From: Fonticula-like sp. SCN 57-25
Taxonomy: Eukaryota
NCBI GenBank assembly: GCA_001724245.1
Contig: MEDX01000025.1
Coordinates: 1-43,137 of the forward strand
DNA length: 43,137 nucleotides
Reading direction: 5' to 3'
The notes below the pieces were generated by a model. The model made no database searches. It was given only the letters and a program-made list of their open reading frames with translations, and was not told the origin of the DNA. This document shows, in pieces, positions 21,848-33,630 of the stretch; position 1 is the first letter of the stretch; every line of letters starts with the position of its first letter. The position numbers and the translations under genes are program-made.

Positions 21848-21927
21848 GGCATGATGGCCGAGCGGTCTAAGGCGCTCGTTTCAGGTACGAGTCCGAAAGG
21901 GCGAGAGTTCGAATCTCTCTCATGTCA
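21848..21927 (+). tRNA. tRNA-Leu(CAG), copy 2 (identical to copy 1)
   Basis: The same 80-nt sequence, followed by CCA and a T7 Pol III terminator. Confidence 0.97.
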
Positions 21928-22073
21928 CCATTTTTTTGCACTTTTTTTAGTCGTACTCTGCATGCACTCGGCACTTTACATTCGTTTTGCACATGCACAG
22001 CATGTTCTGGAACGATATATTATCATTGTGAATATGTTTATATTATTTTACAAGTGGTTAAAAACCAATTTTT

Positions 22074-25000
22074 CTACAGTACAAGTGGTGCCGGTGTCGC
22101 TTCCCGCGATGCCTCTGGCGACCCTTCGGCGGCCTCTGTGTGATCGTCGACGAGGTCTGCGGCGGGCGGCTCTGTCCCTGCGCGACCCGCGGCGTCGTCC
22201 GTTGATGGCTTTGGCTTGAGCAGCTCGCCCTTTTTTCCCGCGCGCGGAATTGCCGGCGACGGCGACGCCGGCTTGTACACGACGCCGCTTCCCGCCTTTC
22301 TGCTGCGGACGGCCGGTACGTTCACGTCGATGCCGACGGTAACGAGGAGGCGCAGCGCGTACGCCTCGACGGGCTTGATCGACGCAATAACGTCCTCGTC
22401 AATGGCCCACTCGTCGCTCTCCTTGGCGGCGGCCTTTTCCGCGGCGGGCGCAGTCGTCGTCTGGGTCGCCTGCTGCTGCTGAGCCTGCTGGGCGGCCTCG
22501 AGCGGGTTGTCGCCGTCGTACGTGTCGCTGACGTACTCTGCTGCCTCCTGGCGTGCGCGCCGGTACGCCGCGACGTCGTCTGCGTCCTCGATCTGCGCGA
22601 GCGCATTGTCCAACTTTGAACTGTCGGCCGACTCTGTCGCCGCGTCGAGCATGCCCGTGAGCGAGTCTGTTGTAAAGATTCCCTCAGTGATGACCATGTC
22701 GTCGAGCCTGCGCTTCTGCTCTGCCTTTCTGAGCACGTTCTCCTCGATGGTGTGCTCTGTGACGAGCCTGTACACGTGCACGTCGCGCGTCTGACCGATG
22801 CGGTGGCACCGGTCCTGCGCCTGCGCGTCCATGGCGGGGTTCCAATCGCTGTCGTAAAAGATGACCGTATCGGCGCCCGTGAGGTTGAGCCCGATGCCGC
22901 CCGAACGCGTCGACAGAATAAACACGAAAATGCGATTGTCCTGGTTGAAGCGCTCGACAAGCAGCTGGCGCCTCTCAACATTGGTCGCGCCGTCGAGCCG
23001 CACGTAGCGGTGGCCGTGCAGCGACAAAAAGTCTTCCAGAATGTCGAGCATGCGCGTCATCTGCGTAAAGATGAGCGCGCGGTGGCCGCCCGCGTACAGG
23101 GTCCGCAGCAGCCCATGCAAAGTTTGCAGTTTGCCACAGTCAAACTGGACGAGCCGCCTGTCTGGGAACTGCATCGACATGCGCACGCGCGTCGTGTGCA
23201 TCGGGTCGCCGCGCGGATCCGCGACGAGCGGCAAAACTGCGCCCGACGCCTCCTCGATTGCGCGCGAGCTGCTCGCCGGCAGCGGCCGCACCGTCGTCAG
23301 CATCGGCGGGGGGCACACAACGCCGGGGATGACCGCCACAAAGCGCTCGATGACGGGCAGCAGGGCGTCGTGCGCCTGCCACGCGGTCGGCGCGCCATGA
23401 ATGTCGCGCTCGGGGAGGCGCAGGGCGTGCGTCCAGCGCTGCGAGTGCGGCTGCGGCACTGAAAGTATCGGCCGCGCTGTGTCGTGCAGCTCGTCGACGT
23501 ACGCGAGGCGCGGCTGGGTAATGTCGAGCGCGGCCGTCCGCAGCGGCGACACAATCGGGCGCGGCTCAAAGAGGTCGGGGTGCGCGCACACCTTGCGCAG
23601 CTGCATCAGGCAGCTCAGGACAGACATAAAGTTGCCCGACGAGAGCATCGCCTGCGTGCCGGAGCGCGACATAAAGTCGTCGTAGAGGAAGCGCTGCCGG
23701 CGGCTCAGGCGCGTCATTACGACGTGCTCGTACTTGCTCGGGAGCTGCTGCTCGACGTCTTTCTTGAGGCGGCGGAGAAGGAAGGGGCGGAGGACAGTGT
23801 GAAGGCGCTGAACGAGCGCGTAGTTGACGCGGTCGCCACCTTCGACCATGCTCGTTAATGGGTTGGAAAACCATTCTTGAAACTCTTTGTGCGACACAAA
23901 CACGTCGGGCATCAAAAAGTGCTGAAAAATATCAACGAGATCAGCAATAACGTCACAAAGAACCAAAAAGGCGCACCATGTATGACCAGAGTTCCATGAG
24001 GCTGTTTTGCAGCGGCGTGCCCGTGAGCAGCAAACGGTGCTGCGTGTTAAAATTGAGCATGCTCTGCCAGCGCATTGACTTGAAATTCTTAATGTTGTGC
24101 GCCTCATCGAGGATGAGGTAGTGCCAGGCCTTGCGCCTAAAGATGTGCTGGTCCTGCATGACGAGCTTGTACGATGTGATGCACACATGGAACGCATTTT
24201 CTTTCGTCCAGCCGACGCGCAGCTCCTTGCGCTCCTTTAGCGCGCCATAGTACGAGATCACCTTGAAGGCGGGGCACCACCGCTTAAACTCCATCTCCCA
24301 ATTGAGAATCACCGACGACGGCACCACAATCAAGTGCGGGCCCCAAAGGCCCTTTTCGCACGCCAAATGCGCAAGCAGTGCTGTATTAAACGGCGAGTCA
24401 GCACATGAAAATGACGTTTATCAGATATTTATTATGCGTACCGATGGTCTGGATGGTCTTGCCGAGGCCCATTTCGTCGGCGAGAATGCCGTTCAGGCGG
24501 CGGTCGTGCATCGTCACGAGCCAGTTCAGGCCGACAATCTGGTACTCGCGCAGCGGGTGCTTGATAAGGAACGGAATCTTGGTCGAGATGGACGTCGTCG
24601 ACAGCGTGTGGCCCGTCGGCTGAAGACTTACGCCAATCGACGTCGCCTCATCAAGCGAGGGGGCGGGCTCGGCGGCGGAATTAAGCTGAGCGGCAAGGCT
24701 CTCGTCCTCGGTCGATTCGCCGTCATCGTCATCGTCTTCTTCTTCATCGCGCTCGCCGTCGGCGTCTTCTTCTTCATCTTCATCTTCATCAATGACGCTG
24801 CGGTCGCCCGCCGTCTCCTCGGTGGCCGCCTGGCTCGCGTTCTCAGACTTTCCTTCCTCTTCTTCCTCCTCTTCCTCTTCTTCTGCCTCGCCGCCGCCAT
24901 AGTACCGCCGCATAATCTCTTCAATGGGGAGATTCGCTTCGTCTTCAAGGTTGATGGCGCCCTCGCCGTCCTCCTGGCGCTCCTCGAGTGCCTCGGCCTC

Positions 25001-26920
25001 GGCGAACGAGTCGTCGTCGCGCTCTTCTTCAGACTCGTCCTCGGGGTTGCCGACGTACTCGTCGTCGGCGTCGGCGGGCGGGGCGGCCGCGTCAGAGGGC
25101 TGAGTTGAAGGCGCGACGGCGGCAGCAATAAGGCGGTTGTTGAGGGCCGCAGTGCGGCGGGCGCGCGTAGGAGTGGATGACTCCATAGGCTGCTCTGCCA
25201 TTGGCTGGTCGCCGCTCGTCGCTGTACTTGTTTGGGCATTGTCGCTTGGCTGGACATTCTCACTTGGCTGGGCAGAAATCTTGGTTGTTGGTGCAGAAAT
25301 CTCACTTTTAGGGGCAGGAGTCTTGCTAGGTTGTTCGCTTGGCTGGTCGGTCTCTGCCGTGTCCGTTCCAAGCTTGCTTGCGAGCATGTTGGAGTACTTT
25401 TCGGTCTGGTTGACGAGCGCGTCGAGTTGCCTGCCGTGCTCGAGCCGTTGCCGCTCCTGCTGCTCGCGGTCCAGTTGCCAGCGCACAATTTTGCGCGCAG
25501 AATTCCAAAAATGGCGCACCAGGCGGGCAACGTCGTGTGCGCCCGTCCTCCGCGCGCGCTCCAAATTGCGCTGCACCTCGAGCGCCTTTGTATCAATCTC
25601 GCGCTGCCGCTTCAGAATTGCCTTGCCGATCTTTTTGCGGGTCGCGTCGCGCTGCTCGCGCACCTTGGCCATGATGCCTGCAAGAGCGACAACGTCCTGG
25701 AGTTGCTGAACGCGGAACGAGACGGCCGTCGGCGGCGCGTCGCGAAAGGCAGCACCGACGTCGCTTGTGCGGAGAAGACGCGGCCGCTTGGACAACTCGA
25801 CCTGCACCCATGCGTCGCGCCGCGCCATCATGGCAACCGTGTCGGGCGCAAGCTGTGCAGCGTCGTCCTCGCCGAGCACAACAAACGACTGCAAGAGGTC
25901 GCGGAGCTCGCCGCCAAAGCGCTTGCGCGAGAACGGCGCGGGCGCGGCTGATCCTAGCGCAATCGCCGGCGAGCCAATTGCGCCCGGGGCGGACGCGGCG
26001 GCGGGCGACGCCTGCACGGCGTCCGACCCCTGCGGCTGCTGCTCGGCGGTTGGTGCAGCCGACGCATCGGCAGTAGTCGAGGCGAGACGCGGCACCGGCA
26101 GCCGCTTTGACGAGATGTAACGCAGCAGCGGCTCTGCCGTGTCGCGTGTGAGCGCCGCCGGGTCTAGCAGCAGCACGTTGCCGCTCTGCTCCATGAAAAA
26201 GAGCTCCCTGAGCTTATCGTCGCGCCGGCTTGTGACCTCGCGCATCCTCTCGATCACTTTTTCCTTCATGGCCCGCCGCGCTGTGCGCAGCTCCTCTGGT
26301 ACGCTCATATCTTCCTGCTCCTCCTGCTCCTCCTGGCGCGCCTCGGCGGCGGGCTGCGGCGCGAAGCCGACGTTCCTCGCAACGCTGCCGCCGCGACCAC
26401 GCCCACGACCGCGACCAGCTACGGGGCCGCGCACGATCACCGTCGCGGACCGGTGGCGCATCCCGACGCGGTCATAGCCGCTCGGCGATGTTGGCCCGCG
26501 CGCCTCGACCGGGTGAAGCGAGACGCCGTCCGCGTCAAACTCGCTGCCGAGAAGCCGCCCGTTCCGACCAACGCCGTACCAGACGGGTGATGCGTCCGAC
26601 GGGTCGGCCGGCTCGCTCTTTATATCAATAGAATCACTCTTGCTGGCGCCGTTGTCGCCGTCGCGCAGCGACTCAAGCGCACCCCATGTCGAGCCCCGCT
26701 TCGTGAGCTCAAACTGGCGGCGAATGTAATCGCGGCCGAGGACGGCCGACTCGCGACGCGCGCGCTTGGGTAGTGGAGACGCCGCGTCCGGAGAGGGAGA
26801 GCGCGGCGGCTCGTCTGCTTGGGGATGGTGCTCGGGCGGTGCAGGCGGCGGGTCGCCGCTCTGCTGGACTGGAATGTCCGGCGCCTCCGCCGACGATGGA
26901 GGCGACGTCCGCACCTCCAT
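22074..26920 (-). CDS. SWR1: SWR1/SRCAP-family Snf2 chromatin-remodelling ATPase (HSA and split ATPase domains); introns 24381-24441 and 23922-23976
   Basis: HSA-like 'VARLVRHFW...[13 protein letters not shown]', '[17 protein letters not shown]', '[14 protein letters not shown]', '[10 protein letters not shown]', '[28 protein letters not shown]'. Confidence 0.96.
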
Positions 26921-26950
26921 CTCGACTCGGTTGCAGGTGCGCGCCCTTGT

Positions 26951-26990
26951 CAGTTTGCATTCCGGTTTGCAGTTTGCGTGTCAGTTTGCA
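26951..26990. promoter_or_regulatory. CAGTTTGC motif array in the 85-bp SWR1/FIG4 bidirectional promoter
   Basis: Copies at 26951, 26963 (CGGTTTGCA), 26970 and 26982. Confidence 0.6.
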
Positions 26991-27005
26991 GTCCGTTCGA
27001 CAACA

Positions 27006-29485
27006 ATGGCGGCGGCGGAGGTGCCGCGTAACCGCTACGACCTCCCGCTCACGGGCATCCTGCGGAGGTTCACGCTCTACGAGACAAGGCATCGTTTCTA
27101 CTATGTGGGAAGCAACCAGGAAAAGACGCGATTCCGTATTCTAAAGATTGAGCGGTCGCACACGGATCTCGTCGTGGTGGACGACGAGGTCGAATACGAT
27201 CGAAAGCAGGCGCAGCAGCTGCTCGGGATGATCAATGAGGCGAATAAGAACTGGGGCGGCCTCACAAAGTACTCGGACTCGTGCGGTATCGTTGGGTTCA
27301 CGCGCTTCCTGGAGGGCTACTACCTGGTTCACATCACGGCCAAGGCGCAGGTGGCCCAGATCGGAGCTCACCCAGTCTACCACATCGATGACATGCAGAT
27401 CGTGCGCATCAGCTCGAGGACCGACTTTACGTCGCACCCCGACGAGCAGCGGTACATTTATTTTTATTTTTGCTATTGTTTCTCACTGTATTCATCAGAT
27501 ATGTCGACATGCTTTTGGCGGCCGACCTGAAGCGGAGTTTCTACTTTAGCTACACGTACGATCTGACGCAGACGCTACAGCACAACGTGATGCCGTCGGG
27601 CGGCCCCGGCACCGCCGCGTCAAACGACGCGTACGCGTGGAACACGTACATGTGGCGCAACGTGTTCCCCAAGATGGAGCCCAACGAGTGGATCCGCCCG
27701 ATCGTTCGCGGCTACATCGAGCAGTCGAGTACGCCTCTTTCCTTCCTTGCCAGCGCGCGCCTTTCTAACGTGCCGATAGAAATATCCGTCTTTGGAAAGA
27801 TTATTTATGTTACTTTAATTGCGCGCCGCTCTCGCCACTTTGCCGGGACGCGTTTCCTCAAGCGCGGCGTCAACCAGCGAGGCTACGTCGCCAATGACGT
27901 TGAATCTGAGCAGATTGTGCAGGAAATGGAGACGACTCCTCTGATGCCCGACTCCCCCTCGCGCTTCTCCTCCTATGTACAGTACCGCGGCTCGATCCCC
28001 GCCTTCTGGACGCAGGAAGCCGCGCGCGGCGCCGTCAAGCCCGGCATCCAAATTCAGCGCTGCGACCCCTTCTTCTCCGCCGCCGGCCTGCACTTTGACA
28101 TGCTCATGATGCGATACGGCGCGCCGATTGTGCTGCTGAACCTTGTAAAGCAAAAGGAAAAGACGCCACGCGAGTCCATTCTGCTGCGCGAGTACCGCGA
28201 GATGGTCGCGTACCTGAACCAGTTTGTGCCTTCCTCGCACGCGCTCGTGTACAAGGAGCTCGACATGGCGCGCGCGTCAAAGTCGGGCGACGGCGACGTG
28301 CTCAGCCTCCTTGCCTCGTTTGCCGAGGACGCCCTTCGCCGCACCGGCTTCTTTTACAGCGGCCACCCGCTGCGCGACGACCCCCCGCCGCAGCTGCAGA
28401 GCGGCGCCGTGCGCACCAACTGCGTCGACTGCCTCGACCGCACCAACACGGCGCAGTTTATGATTGCCAAGCACGCGCTGGCGCACCAGCTACACGCGCT
28501 CGGCGTGATAGAGTCGCCCGTGCTCGACCTCGACTGCGACGCCGTGACGGTGTTTGCGGAAATGTTTCAGGACCATGGCGACATGATCGCGCTGCAGTAC
28601 GGCGGCTCGCACCTCGTCAACACGCTCGCGACGTACCGAAAGTCGGGCGGGTGGACGACGCAGTCGCGCGACGCAATCAACACGCTCAAGCGCTTTTACA
28701 GCAACTCGTTTACCGACGTGGAAAAGCAGGCGGCAATCAACCTCTTTGTCGGCACTTTCAAGCCAGAGGAGGGAAAGCCGACCATTTGGGAACTGCCTTC
28801 AGACTACTTTTTGCACAATGAGGACCCGCGAAAGAAGCGCAAGCTGAGGCGGTACGACCAGTGGTGCTCGGTAGCCGGCAGCGCTGCGAGTATCATGCCG
28901 CCGGCATCGCCTGGCGCAACCCTTCCAGCGCGCCAAAACAAGCTGGACGAGACGCAGGACCCGTGGGACGAGATTTACGAGACGAGCGCGCTTTCCTCTT
29001 TTGACGCCATATTTGACCTGCAGCTCGCCGCGTCCACCGACGTGCCGCGCTCGGCCGCAGATAGGCTCAATGACAGTCCGTTTGTTGTGCGCGGGCGCGG
29101 CGGCGGCGACGCGGCCTCGCGCTCGTCGTCGGCGCTGCTCGACGTGCCCACAGCGCCGCCTTCTGCGCCGCCGACGGCGAGGCTCGTGGCAGAGGCAAGG
29201 TACCTGCGCCTGCTCGAGATCAACGCGGGGCGCAGCGAAAAGGAGTACGAGCGGTATGTGCAAGAGTTTAGCAGCGACGCCAACATTCCGCCGGCCGCGT
29301 CGTACGGCGCGAAAGAGTACATGACGCTGCTGCAGCAGTCGTACCTTGCAGACTACACCGTGAGGAAGCACGACGTCGATGTGTTTGAGGCGATCGTCGA
29401 GCCGGCAAAGCACCTGTCATTAAACAGGGCGCCAAAGGCAAAGTACGGCATCTACGCCGATACGGTGGCGCTAAAGTTGATATAA
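27006..29485 (+). CDS. FIG4: PI(3,5)P2 5-phosphatase Fig4/Sac3; introns 27452-27498 and 27729-27779
   Basis: 'FTLYETRHRFYYVGSN', 'FYFSYTYDLT', 'ARRSRHFAGTRFLKRG', CX5RT catalytic motif 'RTNCVDCLDRTNTAQF', 'LQYGGSHLVN'. Confidence 0.97.
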
Positions 29486-29664
29486 CTGTATTTTTATATT
29501 TATGGATGCGCACGCGTCCTTTTAGTGTACATTAATATATTGGAACGCATTGAATATACAGTATGATAGTGGCTCTTCGTATTATTCGCTTTACTTCGTC
29601 TTTATATAATATCTGATCTCTTATGATTCTTCTGATTGCTGCTGATTTCCCTCCATCATCCAAC

Positions 29665-31455
29665 ATGCAGGAAGATGGCGGGCAGCGCAAGCGGGTCAAG
29701 CTGTCGCACCTGAGCGAGACACTCCGCGTTGTCGACGAGCTTCGCAAGGCGTCTTCGAGCGAGTCGGTTGCCTCTATGGACGCGCTTCTGGCCGAGTTGA
29801 AAGGCCATAACCGCGCCGTCCACCGGTTCACCAAGGATCAGCGCTCTGCCTGCCAGGACCGCAAGCATGAGATCGACCGCGCGCATCTCCGCCTGCAGAA
29901 CCTCGCCTACGAGCGCAACCACATCGCCGAGCAGATCAAGCAGATTCAAAATATGCACTATCGCTACCAGGAGCTTGATCTCGGCGCCGATCTTGTGTCC
30001 CCTTCCGCATCTGTTTCGTCGCAGGTGCGGAGCGCGCAGCATCAAGACATGCTCCGCCGCCTTGCGAACGAGCTTTCCGACCGAAACCGCCGCCTCGAGG
30101 AGCTCACTGAGCTCCAGCAGCGCCGCGACGCGCTCTCCCTGATGACGACGAGCAAGCGCCAGTTTGCCAACAAGTTTGCCCAAAAGCTCGCGACGCTTGT
30201 CGGCGAGTGCGAGAGCATCAGCAAGTTCCTCGGGACGGACAAGCTCGTCATCAAGGAACTTTTGCCGTTCCTTCCCGCGCCGCTCTCGACGCTCGCCACG
30301 CTACTAAAGTCTGCCGTGTCGGGCTCGCGCTCCCTTTCCCTCGAGCTCGTCGGCGATGCCGCCGCCGCGCGCAACTTCCAGCCACCGGCCGCCTCCTCTG
30401 CCCCGACCGAGCCCGACGCCGACGCCGCCGGCGACGACTTTGAGGGCACTTCCTCCTCGTCGAACCGCGGCGGCGAGACGTGCACGCTCTTCCCGCTGCG
30501 CCTCGAGCTGCGCGTCCAGCTCGAGAACGACGCCCAGTTTGTCTTTTCCTTCATGCACGCCTCCGAGCAGAACGCGATCGCCGTTGCCGAAACCCTTCCC
30601 GCCATTGGCGCCACGCCCGACGCCGACAGCGACTCTTCTTCGCGCGCGCCGCTTCTCAAGCACCTTTTGGGCGACGACGCCGGCGCCTCTCTCGGCGACA
30701 CTGAGGGCACGCGGTACCGCTGGCTTCGCCAGATCGCCGGCCTCGACCCGTCCGGCCCCCGCCCCGGCGACGACGCGCACGCCACGCTCGTCCGCTCCGC
30801 CGTCGACGCCATCGTCGCGCGCTGCCGTACCCACGTGGCCCTCGAGCAGTTTGCCGCGGCCGTCCCGACGTCTGGCCTGTCCGCCGCCAAGGAAATCCTC
30901 CCCGCGAGCGCCGCTACGATTGGCCGGCAGCTGTCAAAGTCCATGTCTGTGCGCAAGTGGGTCGCGCTGCCGCCGGCCGAAGCTGGCGACTGCGCGCGCG
31001 TGTACACGTGCACGCTGGCGGGCAACAAGGCGGCGGTCGCCCTGACGATCGAGGTTCAGGCCGACTACCCGGCTTCGATCCCGAGCGTCACTGTGAGCTG
31101 GAGCAATGTCGGGTCCGAGAGCGACGGCGCCGAGGGCAAGGCAGAGGTCGTGCTGCGCGCGATGGAGGCCGAGGCGTGCGCGCCGGCCAATCACAAGGCG
31201 GACGATGGCGCGTACGACGACGCTCTCATCGCCACGCAGCTCGTCATTCTTGCAGTGTGCCTGCACGCGTGGGAGAGAAAGATTGAGGATTCGCTTGCAA
31301 AGATGAACGATTCAGCGGTAAAGGTCAACTTTGATGTGTCGCATGGAAAGATGGAAGTGGTTGCTATTGCGCAGCAGCAGGACGCGTCGCCGGCAGACGA
31401 CGAAGAAAAGGCGCGCGCTGATGAAGATGACGGGAAAATGCAGGTCGACAATTGA
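29665..31455 (+). CDS. THOC5: THO complex subunit 5 (FMIP)-like protein, intronless
   Basis: 'KHEIDRAHLRLQNLAYERNHIAEQI', 'HQDMLRRLANELSDRNRRL', 'LPAPLSTL' and RWD-like 'ADYPASIP'. Confidence 0.85.
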   Translation: MQEDGGQRKRVKLSHLSETLRVVDELRKASSSESVASMDALLAELKGHNRAVHRFTKDQRSACQDRKHEIDRAHLRLQNLAYERNHIAEQIKQIQNMHYRYQELDLGADLVSPSASVSSQVRSAQHQDMLRRLANELSDRNRRLEELTELQQRRDALSLMTTSKRQFANKFAQKLATLVGECESISKFLGTDKLVIKELLPFLPAPLSTLATLLKSAVSGSRSLSLELVGDAAAARNFQPPAASSAPTEPDADAAGDDFEGTSSSSNRGGETCTLFPLRLELRVQLENDAQFVFSFMHASEQNAIAVAETLPAIGATPDADSDSSSRAPLLKHLLGDDAGASLGDTEGTRYRWLRQIAGLDPSGPRPGDDAHATLVRSAVDAIVARCRTHVALEQFAAAVPTSGLSAAKEILPASAATIGRQLSKSMSVRKWVALPPAEAGDCARVYTCTLAGNKAAVALTIEVQADYPASIPSVTVSWSNVGSESDGAEGKAEVVLRAMEAEACAPANHKADDGAYDDALIATQLVILAVCLHAWERKIEDSLAKMNDSAVKVNFDVSHGKMEVVAIAQQQDASPADDEEKARADEDDGKMQVDN

Positions 31456-31617
31456 CATTTTTGTACTATTACTTTGTAACCATTCTTTGGCTATTTGTCT
31501 CTATAGAATATACTTTTAAAATGATGTAACGCACAACTTCAGTCATTTGGTTCTTTTGATTACAAAGGCAAAAATGGTGTTATTAAGGAATATCAAAGAA
31601 GTCATCTATCTAATATA

Positions 31618-33630
31618 TCACTCTGACGCGACCTCGTCCAAGTTCTCGACGACCGCCTGCGCGTACGACAGTGTCGGGATCGTGTGATCATGGTGCACCT
31701 TGCCGTGCTCCACGCTCACATCACTTCCAACCTCGTCGACGGCCTTGAGCGACGACTCGCGCACGGGCGTCGCCTTGGGCGGCGCCTCGCCCTCGGCATT
31801 GGCCAGCACAGCGTCAGCAAACGAAAATCCCTCCTTTACATGGTCATGATGCACGGGCTCCTCCTGCTGATCCTCATCTTCTTCTTGCTCTTCTTCTTCT
31901 TCTTCCTCTTGCTCGTCGGCGGGAGGAAGACGCGCCGCATCGGCGTACGAAAAGCCCTCCACAACGTGGTCATGATGCTCCTCTTCCTCCTCCTTTTCGA
32001 CCTGCTTTTCCTGCACCTGCTGCTTTTCCTGCACGTGCTGCTTTTCCTGCACCTGCTGCTTTTCCTGCACCTGCTGCTTTTCCTGCACCTGCTGCTTTTC
32101 CTGTACCTGCTGCTTTTCCTGCACTTGCTTGTGCATGCTCGCCTCGTTGCCGGCCTCGAGCGACGGCGCCGTCTCCCAGTGCACTGCCGCGGCGTCACGT
32201 GGACCCGACGACTCAATATAGGCCATATCAGCGCGGCGCTGCGGAGGCAGAGTCTCCTGAAGCTGCGGGAACGCCTGCTCAAACGTCTGCCTGGTCTGCA
32301 GCTGCGGACTCTTCTTGACGTCGGCCTTGTGCTCCTTTTGGTCGATGGCGACGCCCGGCTGCAGGATGCTGTTCATCCACGCGGCCACCTGCTCGCGCTT
32401 GACCGCAATGTCCTCCTGCGACGTCACCATGAACGGCTCGCCAATGTGCAGCGTCAGCTCGGCTGCGTCGCACACGTGGCCGTCAGTCTCCAATTTGCTT
32501 AAAGTCTGCCCCGGATTCGTACCTGAGCCTGCGGCCATGCCGCGACGGATGGCGAGGTGCGTGTTGATGAGCGTGACGGGCAAGATCGGCACCTGGCACT
32601 CGTACGCGAGCTTGAAGGCGCCGTCCTTGAAGGGGCGCAGGTTGGGCGGGTTGGGCGTGCGCGTGCCCTCGGGGTAGAGCACGACAGAGTCGCCGCTGCG
32701 GAGGAGCTGGCGGCAGTGCTCGAGGGAGAGCTCGCGGGACTCGCGGGAGGAAACGTCAACGCCGACATCGCCAACGATCCACTGCGTCCAGCCGAAAAAG
32801 GGGAGCGTAAAGTACCTGGCGGTGCTTTAGGGCAGGAAAGGAAAGGGAAGAGAGCGTACTGCCTCTTGGTGAGGTACTTCTTGGGGAGGGGGATACGCGA
32901 GATCATGCAGTGGTCCATGAAACCTGGCGGCGAGGCGGGCGTTCAGAAAGCGGCAAAAGGGGCAATTAAACACAATATAAAGTCAGCATGGCACAAAATC
33001 GCTCATAAATGCGCATAAAGACACAAATATGGCACAAATATAGCACAATAGAGATACACAAAAAGTGGCAAGGGGTACAGAGAGGGCACAGCAAATAGAA
33101 TGCAACCAAAGTTGACGCAAAGGCGTACTGAATTGGTCCGCTATTCACAAAACAATACACAAAAGAACGAATAAAAAAGAAATGTGCAAAGGAGGCGTTC
33201 AAGTATTAGCTCCTTCGTTCTGGCAAAGGGGGCGACAAAGAAGGGGGCGGCCGACCTGCGGCGCCCCCTTGTGCTTTGCGGCCCGCGCATAACACCTCAA
33301 GCAGGGGACTAAAACTACAACTAACTAACTAGCGGCTAGCGAGTGCGTTGCCGCCTCTCTCGCGCAGAGGAACATGTGTGGGTACGCACTGGCGTGGTTG
33401 GAGACGATCACGTATGCCTGCTTGGTGGTCGGGACCGTGCCGATGGTGCGCATGCGCCAGTAGCCCGCGAAATTCATCCAGTAGTACACGCCGTAGCCGA
33501 GCAGCAGCTCATGGAAGCGCTTGGCCACGCGGTGCCCGAAAAAGACACGCGCAAAGCTGCACACGCCAAAGGCCGACAGAGTCAACACCGAGATGCCCAG
33601 GTACATGTACGCTGTGCCGAAAAAGCCCAT
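31618..33630 (-). CDS. 1-acyl-sn-glycerol-3-phosphate acyltransferase (PlsC/AGPAT family) with a long repetitive acidic C-terminal extension; first intron 32924-33389
   Basis: The spliced HX4D motif 'VSNHASFMD', plus 'YPEGTR', 'FKDGAFKLA' and 'VPILPVT'; hydrophobic N-terminus. Confidence 0.88.
32002..32127 (-). repeat. 18-bp coding minisatellite x7 encoding QVQEKQ
   Basis: Plus-strand unit CTGCTTTTCCTGCACCTG repeated seven times, with a few substitutions. Confidence 0.95.

Noticed and set aside
21700..21927. Possible tRNA-Sec/UGA suppressor (TTCA in the loop) or CUG-reassigning tRNA
   Set aside because: The 7-nt loop TTCAGGT centres on CAG, and U33, G37 and A73 fit Leu. CTG codons sit at Leu positions in conserved proteins such as RPL35.
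21700..21945. Direct repeats as a CRISPR array or prophage att sites
   Set aside because: Both copies are complete tRNA genes with Pol III terminators. The context is eukaryotic and no cas or integrase gene is present.
9587..31455. Functional RNA-processing gene cluster (RRP6, SMG9, NMD3, CWF19L2, THOC5)
   Set aside because: These genes are interspersed with unrelated ones on mixed strands, and such housekeeping genes are common in compact genomes. There is no evidence for a coherent system.
32002..32127. 18-bp repeat as a CRISPR-like array
   Set aside because: There are no spacers; it is an in-frame coding minisatellite.
32924..33389. TPP riboswitch in the long intron
   Set aside because: The CUGAGA and other TPP core motifs were not found, and the host gene is unrelated to thiamine.
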